Of a stretch of DNA of 64,000 nt, positions 1-8,656 are shown in pieces (position 1 is the stretch's first letter; each line of letters begins with the position of its first letter). The position numbers were made by a program, and so were the translations under genes. Where the stretch lies: contig CBDCRW010000003.1 of NCBI GenBank assembly GCA_965221125.1, positions 352,001 to 416,000 on the forward strand. The letters are read 5' to 3'. The stretch is from Alphaproteobacteria bacterium. Lineage in GTDB: Bacteria > Pseudomonadota > Alphaproteobacteria > UBA828. A model generated the notes under the pieces. That model was given only the letters and a program-made list of their open reading frames with translations, made no database searches and was not told where the DNA came from.

Positions 1-891
1 CAGAACGGCATGGACCCGATGACCGCGATCCAGATGTCCACGATCCAGCCGGCCGAGTTCTACCGCGTCAACCACGACATGGGCATGATCGCCGCGGGCC
101 GCTACGCCGACATCGTGTTCGTGGACACGCTCGAGGGGTTCGAGATCGACCGCGTCATGGCCAACGGCAAGCTCTGGGTCGAGGGCGGCAAGCTGGTCGC
201 GCCGCTGGAGAACCCGGACTACCCGGACTGGCTCTACGGCACCATGAACATCGACCGGGTGCTGGAGCCCGAAGATTTCCGCATCGCCGCGCCGGCCGGC
301 GCGGGCGATACCGTGCGGGTGCAGTGCATCAACACGCGGGACGGCTCGCTGGAGACGCCGGGCTCGGTGGAGACGCTGCCCGTCGTGGGCGGCTACGTGC
401 AGGCGGACCCGGAGAACGGCATCAACAAGATCTGCATGATCGACCGCATCATGGGCACCGGCGAAGTCGGCGTCGCCTTCGTCAAGGGGTTCGGGATCAA
501 GGAGGGCTGCATTGGCACCACCGCCAACGTCTTCAACCAGAACATCGTCCTGGTCGGCGCCTCGGACGAGGACATGGCGGCAGCGGCCAACGAGACCATC
601 AAGATGGACGGCGGCTTCATCGCGCTGCGCAACGGCACGGTCGAGGCGGCGCTGCCTACGCCGCTGAACGGGCTCGCCTCGGACCTCCCCTTCGACCAGC
701 TTTTCGAGCGCCAATACAAGCTGATAGACGCCTGGCGTGACATGGGATGCGAGCTGGAAACGCCGCAGATGAACCTCGAATTCGTCTCGCTCGTCACCAT
801 CCCCTACTACCGCATCAGCACCAAGGGCCTCGCCTACATGACCCAGGACCGCTTCGAGCTGGCGGAGCTCTTCGTCGACGAAGCGGCCTGA
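1..891 (+). CDS. ade: Adenine deaminase-like amidohydrolase, C-terminal part (5' end lies outside the window)
   Basis: Frame open from base 1; TIQPAEFYR..GMIAAGRYADIV amidohydrolase tail followed by an adenine deaminase C-domain (FVKGFGIKEG, NIVLVG..DEDMAAAAN..GG, LVTIPYYRISTKGL). Confidence 0.75.
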   Translation, partial: QNGMDPMTAIQMSTIQPAEFYRVNHDMGMIAAGRYADIVFVDTLEGFEIDRVMANGKLWVEGGKLVAPLENPDYPDWLYGTMNIDRVLEPEDFRIAAPAGAGDTVRVQCINTRDGSLETPGSVETLPVVGGYVQADPENGINKICMIDRIMGTGEVGVAFVKGFGIKEGCIGTTANVFNQNIVLVGASDEDMAAAANETIKMDGGFIALRNGTVEAALPTPLNGLASDLPFDQLFERQYKLIDAWRDMGCELETPQMNLEFVSLVTIPYYRISTKGLAYMTQDRFELAELFVDEAA

Positions 892-908
892 GCCGCGCGG
901 GCCCGGTC

Positions 909-1910
909 GTGACAGGCGCCGCAGGAGCGCGGGAGGGCGCCGAAGGCGAACTCAGGGTCGGCGTGGTGGGCGTCGGCCACTTCGGCCGCTATCACGCGGA
1001 GAAGATGGCGGCGCTCGCGGGCGCCCGCCTTGTCGCCGTCGCGGACCCCGACAGCGCACGGGCCAGCGAGATCGCGGCCCGGCTGGATACGGACGCCGTC
1101 GCCGATCACCGCGCGCTCATCGGCCGCATCGACGCCGCATCGGTCGCCGTGCCGGCCGCGGCGCACTACGCGGTCGTGAAGGACTTTTTGGACGCCGGCA
1201 TTCACGTGCTGGTGGAAAAACCCTTCACCGAGCGCGTCGCCACCGCTTCGGAACTCGCGGCCCTGGCCGAGGCCAGGGGGCTGGTGCTGCAGGTCGGCCT
1301 GATCGAGCGCTTCTCCGAGGCCTTCCGCACCGTCGCGCCCAGGATCACCCGGCCGGTCTACATGGAAGCGGTCCGAATTTCTCCCTTCTCGCCGCGCGGC
1401 ACGGACGTGAGCGTCGTCCTCGACATGATGATCCACGACATCGACATCGTTCTCGCGCTGGTGGACGCGCCGGTCGCCGAGATCGATGCCGTCGGCGCGC
1501 CCGTGTTCTCGGCGAGCGAGGACATCGCCAACGCGCGCCTGAAATTCGCCAACGGCTGCGTCGCCAACGTCACCGCGAGCCGGGTCAGCCTCAAGACCGA
1601 GCGCACGCTCCGCGTCTTCCAGCCCGACGTCTACGTCAAGGTGGACCACGGCGAGCGCAGCGTGCGCGTCGCGCGGCGGAAGGAGGGCGATGCACCGCCG
1701 ACGGGGCCGGAGGGCGTGGCGCTGGAGCACCTCCGCTTCGAGCAGGGCGACGCGCTCCGGCGCGAGATCGAATCGTTCGCGGAGACGGTGCGCAGCGGCG
1801 GCGTGCCGGTGGTGACCGGCGCCGACGGCGTGCGCTCGCTCGAAGTGGCGCACCGCATCACCGCCAGCATCGCCGAGAACCGGGCGAGGCTGGACCTCGC
1901 CGAAAATTAG
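909..1910 (+). CDS. Gfo/Idh/MocA family NAD(P)-dependent oxidoreductase
   Basis: GVVGVGHFG Rossmann motif, HVLVEKP, DMMIHDID; GTG start at 909 chosen within the longer ORF. Confidence 0.9.
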   Translation: MTGAAGAREGAEGELRVGVVGVGHFGRYHAEKMAALAGARLVAVADPDSARASEIAARLDTDAVADHRALIGRIDAASVAVPAAAHYAVVKDFLDAGIHVLVEKPFTERVATASELAALAEARGLVLQVGLIERFSEAFRTVAPRITRPVYMEAVRISPFSPRGTDVSVVLDMMIHDIDIVLALVDAPVAEIDAVGAPVFSASEDIANARLKFANGCVANVTASRVSLKTERTLRVFQPDVYVKVDHGERSVRVARRKEGDAPPTGPEGVALEHLRFEQGDALRREIESFAETVRSGGVPVVTGADGVRSLEVAHRITASIAENRARLDLAEN

Positions 1911-1925
1911 CCCTCTCGGACGAGG

Positions 1926-2693
1926 CTACTCCGCCGCGTCGCGGGTGACGCCCGTGCCCGGCAGCGGCTCGTAGCCGACCACGGGCTTCGCGGGCGGCTG
2001 CTCGTAGGTGATCTTGCTGTGGCTGAGCCCCGCGTCCACCAGGCCCGCCGCCATCTTGATCGCCCACGGGATCGGATCGACCACGGGCACGTCGTAGCCC
2101 CGGGCGAGCAACCCCTGGCGCACGGCGTCCGCGCACCCCAGCATGCCGGTACAGCCGAAGATGATCGCGTCGGCTCCGTCGTCCTCCACCGCGCGGACCG
2201 CCTCTTCGGCGAGCGCTGCCTTGGTGCGCTCCAGGTCCTGCTCCAGCTCCAGCACCGGGATCGAGACGGAGCGGACCGACGCGAGCTTCTCGCGCACGCC
2301 GTAGATCTGCGCCTGATGCTCGAACTGCGCGCGCAGCCGCTTGAGCACGGTGACGACGCTGAAGGTGTGCCCCAGCATGGAGGCCACGTGCATCGCCGCC
2401 TCGCACGGCCCGATCACGGGGATGGAGACGCACTCACGCCCCGGCAGCATGCCGGGATCGCCCATGCAGTCGATCACCACCGCGTCGCAGCCCTCGCGCT
2501 CGGCCTCGACGATCTTGGCGATCGTGCCGGGCACGGCCAGCGCCTCGTCGTACTCGCACTCGATCGAAGCCGGCCCGGTCTCGATCTCGATATGGCTGAT
2601 CGTCAGGTCCGGGCGCTCCAGCGCGCGGAACTCGGACTTGTCGCGAAACCCCCAGGTCGTGATCGGGGTCACCACCCTCACGTCGGTTGCCAT
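1926..2693 (-). CDS. Hydantoin racemase / Asp-Glu racemase family protein
   Basis: GPASIE, IDCMGDPG and IFGCTGM two-cysteine motifs; GGAGG RBS before ATG 2693. Confidence 0.88.
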   Translation of the reverse strand: MATDVRVVTPITTWGFRDKSEFRALERPDLTISHIEIETGPASIECEYDEALAVPGTIAKIVEAEREGCDAVVIDCMGDPGMLPGRECVSIPVIGPCEAAMHVASMLGHTFSVVTVLKRLRAQFEHQAQIYGVREKLASVRSVSIPVLELEQDLERTKAALAEEAVRAVEDDGADAIIFGCTGMLGCADAVRQGLLARGYDVPVVDPIPWAIKMAAGLVDAGLSHSKITYEQPPAKPVVGYEPLPGTGVTRDAAE

Positions 2694-2863
2694 CTTCGGT
2701 CCTCCCTCGGCCGTGCTCATCACCGGCTTACCGCCGCAGCCGCCTTCGTTCAAGGAAAGACGTGAGCCGGGCGGATGCTCGCGCGATTGATTCGGCCTTC
2801 CCGCGTGTGTTTCCATGCCGCCCGCTTCATCCGCCCGCGTCAATCCCTCGGCGAGACCCCCCA

Positions 2864-3553
2864 ATGAACGAGAAGCAGCTAGACACCGCGCTCCTGCCCT
2901 ACCCGCTGCCGCCCTGGAGGCACCGCTTCCGCACGCTCAGCGTCTTCTGCGAGGTCGACGAGGCGGCGCTCAGGCCCCGCGTGCCGGCGCCGCTGGAGCT
3001 CGCGTCCAACGTCGTGCAGATCACCGTCATGCACTTCGAGAGCACGGTGCCGGCGCGGCCCTACTACGACAGCGCCGTGATCGCGCAAGTGCGCTACGGC
3101 GGCGAGGTCGGCGGGCACTGGGTGCACGCCTTCACCAGCACCGACCAGGTGTGCGCCGGCACCCGCGAGCTCTGGGGCTTTCGCATGAAGCTCGCGTCCA
3201 TGGAGCTTCACGTGGACGCGAACAGGATATGGGGCTTCACCGAGCGCCTGGGCCGGCGCGTGATCGCAATCGACATGCGGCCCACGGGCCGGGAGTTCGA
3301 GCCGCTGAGAACCTTCCCCCGCCTGTTCGTCAAGGCGCTGCCGGAGGCCGACCGCGCGGACGCGATCAAGCGTCAGGTGGTGCAGCTGCCGGCGGAGACG
3401 GAGATCACCGGGACCGTCTGGGGCGAGGGCACGGTCGCCTTCGAGCCGAGCGAGGACGACCCCACGCACCTGCTCAGCCCGAAGCGCGTCCTCGGCGCGA
3501 GCCTCGTCTCCGGCAACCAGGTCCTGCCCTGGGGCGTGGTGCTCTCGGAATAG
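2864..3553 (+). CDS. Acetoacetate decarboxylase-like family protein
   Basis: PYPLPPW N-terminus, VPAPLE, GTRELWGFRMK (RExxGxPK-like Schiff-base Lys motif). Confidence 0.75.
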   Translation: MNEKQLDTALLPYPLPPWRHRFRTLSVFCEVDEAALRPRVPAPLELASNVVQITVMHFESTVPARPYYDSAVIAQVRYGGEVGGHWVHAFTSTDQVCAGTRELWGFRMKLASMELHVDANRIWGFTERLGRRVIAIDMRPTGREFEPLRTFPRLFVKALPEADRADAIKRQVVQLPAETEITGTVWGEGTVAFEPSEDDPTHLLSPKRVLGASLVSGNQVLPWGVVLSE

Positions 3554-3565
3554 CGGCTGGCAGGG

Positions 3566-4771
3566 CTACACCCGCTCCAGGATCATGGCGATGCCCTGGC
3601 CGACGCCGATGCACATGGTGCAGAGCGCGTAGCGGCCGCCCCGGCGTTCCAGTTCGCGGACGGCGGTCAGCACCAGCCGCGCCCCGCTCATGCCGAGCGG
3701 ATGGCCGAAGGCGATGGCGCCGCCGTTGGGGTTCACGTGACCGGCGTCGTCCGGCAGCCCGAGCGCGCGGGTGACCGCCAGCACCTGCGCGGCGAAGGCC
3801 TCGTTCAGCTCGATCACGTCCATGCGGTCGAGATCGAGGCCGGCCTTCGCCAGCACCTTGCGGGACGCCGGCGCAGGCCCCACGCCCATGATGCGGGGCG
3901 CGACGCCCGCGCTCGCCATGGCGACGACGCGCGCGCGCGGCGTGAGGCCGTGGCGCCTGGCCGCATCCTCCGACGCCACCAGCAGCGCGCAGGCGCCGTC
4001 GTTGACGCCCGATGCGTTGCCGGCGGTCACCGTGCCGCCGTCCCGGAACGGCGTCGGCAGCTTGGCGAGCCCTTCCAACGTCGTCTGCGGCCTTGGGTGC
4101 TCGTCGTCGGCGACGACGACCGCATCGCCCTTGCGCTGCGGGATCGTAACCGGCGTGATCTCGCTCGCGAGCCGGCCGTCCTCGATGGCGGCCGCGGCGC
4201 GGCGCTGGCTGCGGTAGGCGTAGGCGTCCTGTTCCGGGCGCCCGACCTGGTATTCCTCGGCGACGTTCTCCGCCGTCTCCGGCATCGAATCGACGCCGTG
4301 CGCGGCCTTCATCAGCCTGTTGACGAAGCGCCAGCCGAGGGTGGTGTCGTGGACCGTGGCCTGGCGCGAGAACGCCGTCTCGGCCTTGGCCATGACGAAG
4401 GGCGCGCGGGTCATGCTCTCGACCCCGCCGGCAATCGCGAGCGCCCCCTCGCCCGCCTTGATCGCCCGCGCGGCGCTGCCCACGGCCTCCATGCCGGAGC
4501 CGCAGAGCCGGTTGACGGTGACGCCCGGCACGGTCTCCGGCAGGCCTGCGAGCAGCGACGCCATGCGGGCCACGTTGCGGTTGTCCTCGCCCGCCTGGTT
4601 GGCGCAGCCGAACACCACGTCGTCCACGGCCGCCCAGTCCACGCCCGCGTTGCGCGCCATCAGCGCCGCGATCGGCACGGCGCCGAGATCGTCGGGGCGG
4701 ACGGCGGAGAGCGCGCCGCCGAAACGGCCGATGGGGGTCCTCTGTCCATCGCAGATGAAGGCCTCGGTCAT
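3566..4771 (-). CDS. pcaF: 3-oxoadipyl-CoA thiolase (PcaF/PaaJ type), intact copy
   Basis: [52 protein letters not shown]. Confidence 0.92.
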   Translation of the reverse strand: MTEAFICDGQRTPIGRFGGALSAVRPDDLGAVPIAALMARNAGVDWAAVDDVVFGCANQAGEDNRNVARMASLLAGLPETVPGVTVNRLCGSGMEAVGSAARAIKAGEGALAIAGGVESMTRAPFVMAKAETAFSRQATVHDTTLGWRFVNRLMKAAHGVDSMPETAENVAEEYQVGRPEQDAYAYRSQRRAAAAIEDGRLASEITPVTIPQRKGDAVVVADDEHPRPQTTLEGLAKLPTPFRDGGTVTAGNASGVNDGACALLVASEDAARRHGLTPRARVVAMASAGVAPRIMGVGPAPASRKVLAKAGLDLDRMDVIELNEAFAAQVLAVTRALGLPDDAGHVNPNGGAIAFGHPLGMSGARLVLTAVRELERRGGRYALCTMCIGVGQGIAMILERV

Positions 4772-4919
4772 GGCTTGCGCTTATCCTTCTCTTGAGCGTC
4801 CGCGACGAAGCTGAAGGACGCGGGATCGAACACCAGACGCCGCTGCACCGGGAAGAACCGGAGATCGAAGCGCTCGGCAATGAGCCCCCAGATGCCCTGC
4901 GGCGCGCGCAGCATCATCA
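4466..4919. repeat. Direct repeat copy 1 (454 bp): 3' end of LivM-type permease plus 5' third of pcaF
   Basis: Identical to 8206-8656 on by-eye alignment except for 3 extra nt (TCC, ~4745-4747). Confidence 0.95.
4768..4919 (-). pseudogene. Duplicated 3' fragment of the LivM-type permease gene
   Basis: Encodes MMLRAPQGIWGLIAERFDLRFFPVQRR..., the same as the C-terminus of 8505-9575. Confidence 0.85.
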
Positions 4920-5100
4920 TCTCACGAGCTACAAGGCGGTCACGATCCCGGTTCAGATCGCCAAGATGATCGACCTCTACAACGTGCTCTGGGGGCCGCT
5001 CTCGGCGGCGGTGGTGATCCAGCTCGTGCCGGTGCCGATCGTGGTGTTCCTGATCCAGCGGCACACGATCCGCGGCCTCGCCCTCGGCGCGGTGACGCAG
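4920..5100 (+). pseudogene. C-terminal fragment of a MalG-type carbohydrate ABC permease
   Basis: LTSYKAVTIPVQIA...WGPLSAAVVIQLVP...QRHTIRGLALGAV is a typical CUT1 permease tail; it has no 5' part and differs from the permeases elsewhere in the window. Confidence 0.7.
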
Positions 5101-5143
5101 GCGGGCCGGGACGACGCCTCAGGCGCCCCCAAGGAGCAAGCAC

Positions 5144-8083
5144 TTACGGGGTGAGCGTGCGGGCAACGCGCAGCCCGCCGCACTGGTGAAAATCGGCCCA
5201 CATGGTAGCACGACTGGACGAGCGAATTTGCTCTGGAGTGGAGTCGAAATCGCCGCCACGACGAGCCGTTCTGCCGAAACCCTGTTCACCGCAAGACCTC
5301 GGCTTCTGTGCGCGACCGTCCGATGGCGCTCCTTCGTAGTCGTAGTCGGGTTCGTGGTCGTTCTTGTATTCGCTTCTCACAAAGCAAATGCGATCCTCGA
5401 CCCACTCGTAGACGTTGCCGTGCATGTCGTGCAAACCGAATGCGTTCGCATCGAACGAGCCCACGGGCGCGGCGCTGCGGGCATCCCACCTGCTGCCGCA
5501 TCCCCTGCAATTCGCACGGCCGCGACCGACATCGTCGCCCCAGCTATAGTTCGTCGTGGAACCCGCCCGCGCGGCGTACTCCCATTCCGCCTCGCTCAAC
5601 AGACGATACGACTTGCCCGTCGTGCGGCTCAGCCAGCGCACATAGTCCTGGGCTTCCAGCCACGTCACGCCCATGGCGGGGCGGCGGTTGCCGGGGTCCG
5701 ACCTGGGAACGGCACGCTCGCAGGCGTAGTCTGACTCTTCTTTGCTGCAGCTTCCGCTCCGCACGCATGCGTCCCACTCCTGGAACGTCACTTCGTACTT
5801 GCCGACCGCGAAGTCGTACCCGATCGTCACGCGGCGGACCGGGCGTTCCGTGTCGTCCCCCGAGCGGCTTCCCATCATGTAGCTTCCCGCCGGCACCACG
5901 ACCATTTCAGGACATGACGGGCAATCGCGAAATACGGCGGGGGAGGCCGCGCGGCTTGCCTCCTCCAGCGCGGAGAGCGGCACGAAACCCTGCTCGCCCG
6001 ATTCCGTCTCGACCCAGGCCCAGGCCGCGTTCTCGCGGGTCACCGTTGCCGTCTCGTCCGCGCCGAGACGGCCGATTCGCTCGTAGCCCTTGCCCGGGCC
6101 GCTGTGCAGACTCAGCGCCTCGCTCGCCTGCATCTTGCGATCCGCCGGCGCGGTCCTGCACAGGCCATGATCGGAATCCACGATTTCGTCGCGGCTGAAG
6201 CAGACCCAGTCTTGCCCCTGGGAGCCGCGTCTGACCCAGCGGCCGTGCCACTCGTCGTTCACGTAGGGGCCTTCCCAAGCCTCGCCGCCGGTGTCGTGCC
6301 AGACCCAATGACCGTGAGCCTTGCCCCCTTGCAATTCGCCTTCGCCCCGGTTCGTCGTCCACCGTCCGTCCTGACGATAACGCCAGACCAGGTTGCCCTT
6401 GCCGGATGCCTTGCCCTCGACGCAGCCGCCGGACCACGTAATCGTATCCTCGTCCGACGACCCTGCTGAATTCCACATGTGACAGCCCGGCCGATTGTCG
6501 AGCTCGTGCCAGCAGGCCGCGCTCGTCCCACCCGCGCAAAGCGGCGTGAACCCAACCCCGTTGCAGGATTCCAGCAGCGCCCGGAGCAGCCCCCGTGTGA
6601 GATACCCGGTCGCCTCGTCGGCGCTCTCGCCCCGTGCCGCCTGCAAGGCGCGGATCGCACCCCGCGTGCGCGGGCCAAATTTCCCGTCCGGCGCTCCGGG
6701 ATCGAAGCCCTGGGTCTTGAGGCAGGACTGGACGCGGCGCCGGGCGTCGCGGTCGAGCCCCAGTTCCCTCTCGCCGGACTCCGCCTCCCGGAGATCGCGC
6801 ACGCACATGCCGGCATCCCGGTCGAACCAGCCGCCAGCCTGCTCCAGGAGGCGCCGTGTCGCGGAGCCCTCTTCTGCGAGGTCGTGAGGGAGCATGCCCC
6901 GACGGCCCCGCAGGCAGGGGTCGGCTCCACCATCCAGGAGCGCCTTGACGCTTTGGTAAGGATGCTCCAGACGAACGGCGTGGATCAGGGGCGTGTCGCC
7001 CTCGCCATCGCGCCGGTCGGGGTCGGCTCCTGCTTCGAGCAGCAGCCGGGCTCGTCCCACGCTCTCGCCGCTTCCGTCGTGCGCCAGCAGCGCCTGGATC
7101 AGCGGCGTCACGACCAGACCCGTCGCGCTCGTAAGCGCGTCCTGCCCGGGCCCGCGCGCGTCCGGGTCCGCCCCCGCTTCCAGCAACAGGCCCAGATGGT
7201 CACGCCAGTGAAAGCCCACGTCCTTGCGCCGCACCGCGATCATGAGCGGGCGGTCGCCGGAGGCGTTGCGCACGTTCGGATACGCCCCCGCATCCAGCAG
7301 CGCCCGCAGCACCTCGACACGAGCGCCGCCGCTGTCCCCTGCCCCGACAGAGCCGGTCGTCGGCCTCCCACTGACGACGCCGGGGTGGCTGGGGGAAGCC
7401 GCACCGCCTCGCACCACGCTCACGTAGAGGGCGAGGAGCGGCGTGTTGCCGTAACCGTCGCGCGCGTCCGGGTCCGCCCCGCAATTCAGCAGAATGCGCG
7501 TCGTTGCAGAAACCACGGAAGCGTCCAGTCCGGCCGCAGCGAAATGCAGCGGCGTCTCTCCGTGCTCGTTGCGAAGAGAGCAGTCGCCGCCCGCAGCGAT
7601 AGCGTCCGACAGGAGCTCGCGACCGCTGAACATCGGGAAGACGGCCGCATAGTGCATGGTCGCATTCCCGGTGGAGTCGAAGGGCCGGTTGGGATCGCCA
7701 CCCCCGGACAGCCACTCCCGGAGCTTTCGTTCCGCATCAGGAACCTTGGCACGCTTGAATTCATGATACGGACTGATCCCATCCTGCTCCTGGGCGCCAG
7801 CGGGAAGAGCCCCGGCACCGGGAAGCACAAGACCCGCGCAGAGAAGCGCCGCTGCCAGCAGCGAGACGTCGATCGTCAACCCTGCCAAGGGGTGCCGGCC
7901 TCGTACAGGACCCCTCGCCCCCGCGAGACGCCGGCCGGATCCGCGACGGGCGAGGCCGCACGCGCCGTCCTCGCATGCTTGTTCGCCACGACCCGCGGCG
8001 ATGCTGCAGCGAAGCAGACTGCGCAAGTCCTTGCCCAAACGAGTCAGCCGCCCGGACGGTTTACCGTTTGATGCGGTACCCAT
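5144..8083 (-). CDS. Secreted multidomain protein: ankyrin repeats + peptidoglycan-binding + Cys/Trp-rich (MORN-like) region + SH3b + FGE/SUMF1 (C-lectin fold) domain
   Basis: Signal-like LLAAALLCAGLVLPGAGALPAGA|QE; ankyrin GETPLHFAA, GNTPLL, GDTPLIHAV, LLEAGADPD; QGFDPGAPDGKFGPRTRGAIR; LHSGPG...GFVP; FRDCPSCPEMVVVPAG...EWEYAARAG...HDMHGNVYEWV...GLRVARTL. Start uncertain (ATG 8083 or TTG 7879). Confidence 0.85.
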   Translation of the reverse strand: MGTASNGKPSGRLTRLGKDLRSLLRCSIAAGRGEQACEDGACGLARRGSGRRLAGARGPVRGRHPLAGLTIDVSLLAAALLCAGLVLPGAGALPAGAQEQDGISPYHEFKRAKVPDAERKLREWLSGGGDPNRPFDSTGNATMHYAAVFPMFSGRELLSDAIAAGGDCSLRNEHGETPLHFAAAGLDASVVSATTRILLNCGADPDARDGYGNTPLLALYVSVVRGGAASPSHPGVVSGRPTTGSVGAGDSGGARVEVLRALLDAGAYPNVRNASGDRPLMIAVRRKDVGFHWRDHLGLLLEAGADPDARGPGQDALTSATGLVVTPLIQALLAHDGSGESVGRARLLLEAGADPDRRDGEGDTPLIHAVRLEHPYQSVKALLDGGADPCLRGRRGMLPHDLAEEGSATRRLLEQAGGWFDRDAGMCVRDLREAESGERELGLDRDARRRVQSCLKTQGFDPGAPDGKFGPRTRGAIRALQAARGESADEATGYLTRGLLRALLESCNGVGFTPLCAGGTSAACWHELDNRPGCHMWNSAGSSDEDTITWSGGCVEGKASGKGNLVWRYRQDGRWTTNRGEGELQGGKAHGHWVWHDTGGEAWEGPYVNDEWHGRWVRRGSQGQDWVCFSRDEIVDSDHGLCRTAPADRKMQASEALSLHSGPGKGYERIGRLGADETATVTRENAAWAWVETESGEQGFVPLSALEEASRAASPAVFRDCPSCPEMVVVPAGSYMMGSRSGDDTERPVRRVTIGYDFAVGKYEVTFQEWDACVRSGSCSKEESDYACERAVPRSDPGNRRPAMGVTWLEAQDYVRWLSRTTGKSYRLLSEAEWEYAARAGSTTNYSWGDDVGRGRANCRGCGSRWDARSAAPVGSFDANAFGLHDMHGNVYEWVEDRICFVRSEYKNDHEPDYDYEGAPSDGRAQKPRSCGEQGFGRTARRGGDFDSTPEQIRSSSRATMWADFHQCGGLRVARTLTP

Positions 8084-8177
8084 GGGATGCTCGCACCCCC
8101 GACGGTCGCACGGTTGGCAACTCAGCCGGATCGATGCGGCTGAGCGCCGGCCGTTCGTCGACCGTACGCATCGTATC

Positions 8178-8206
8178 AGTGTATCAACTCGTGGTTGCTC
8201 TGTCAC
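8178..8206 (-). promoter_or_regulatory. Putative sigma70 promoter GTGACA-N17-TACACT for the ankyrin/SUMF1 gene, at the cassette junction
   Basis: Minus-strand -35 at 8201-8206 and -10 at 8178-8183 with an exact 17-nt spacer. Confidence 0.5.
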
Positions 8207-8508
8207 CGCGCGGCGCTGCCCACGGCCTCCATGCCGGAGCCGCAGAGCCGGTTGACGGTGACGCCCGGCACGGTCTCCGGCAGGCCTGCGAGCAGCGACG
8301 CCATGCGGGCCACGTTGCGGTTGTCCTCGCCCGCCTGGTTGGCGCAGCCGAACACCACGTCGTCCACGGCCGCCCAGTCCACGCCCGCGTTGCGCGCCAT
8401 CAGCGCCGCGATCGGCACGGCGCCGAGATCGTCGGGGCGGACGGCGGAGAGCGCGCCGCCGAAACGGCCGATGGGGGTCCTCTGATCGCAGATGAAGGCC
8501 TCGGTCAT
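8203..8508 (-). pseudogene. pcaF: Truncated pcaF 5' fragment (101 aa, one codon deleted)
   Basis: [12 protein letters not shown]...[16 protein letters not shown] then a stop at the junction. Confidence 0.9.
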
Positions 8509-8656
8509 GGCTTGCGCTTATCCTTCTCTTGAGCGTCCGCGACGAAGCTGAAGGACGCGGGATCGAACACCAGACGCCGCTGCACCGGGAAGAACCGGAG
8601 ATCGAAGCGCTCGGCAATGAGCCCCCAGATGCCCTGCGGCGCGCGCAGCATCATCA
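8206..8656. repeat. Direct repeat copy 2 (451 bp)
   Basis: Matches 4466-4919 with a 3-nt deletion. Confidence 0.95.

Noticed and set aside
5144-5420. Complete diversity-generating retroelement
   Set aside because: The FGE domain is a plausible target, but I found no reverse transcriptase or template repeat in the window.
8084-8617. N-terminal extension of the 1157-aa ORF
   Set aside because: It is an off-frame read through the duplicated permease/pcaF DNA; the same peptide begins ORF 3474-4880.
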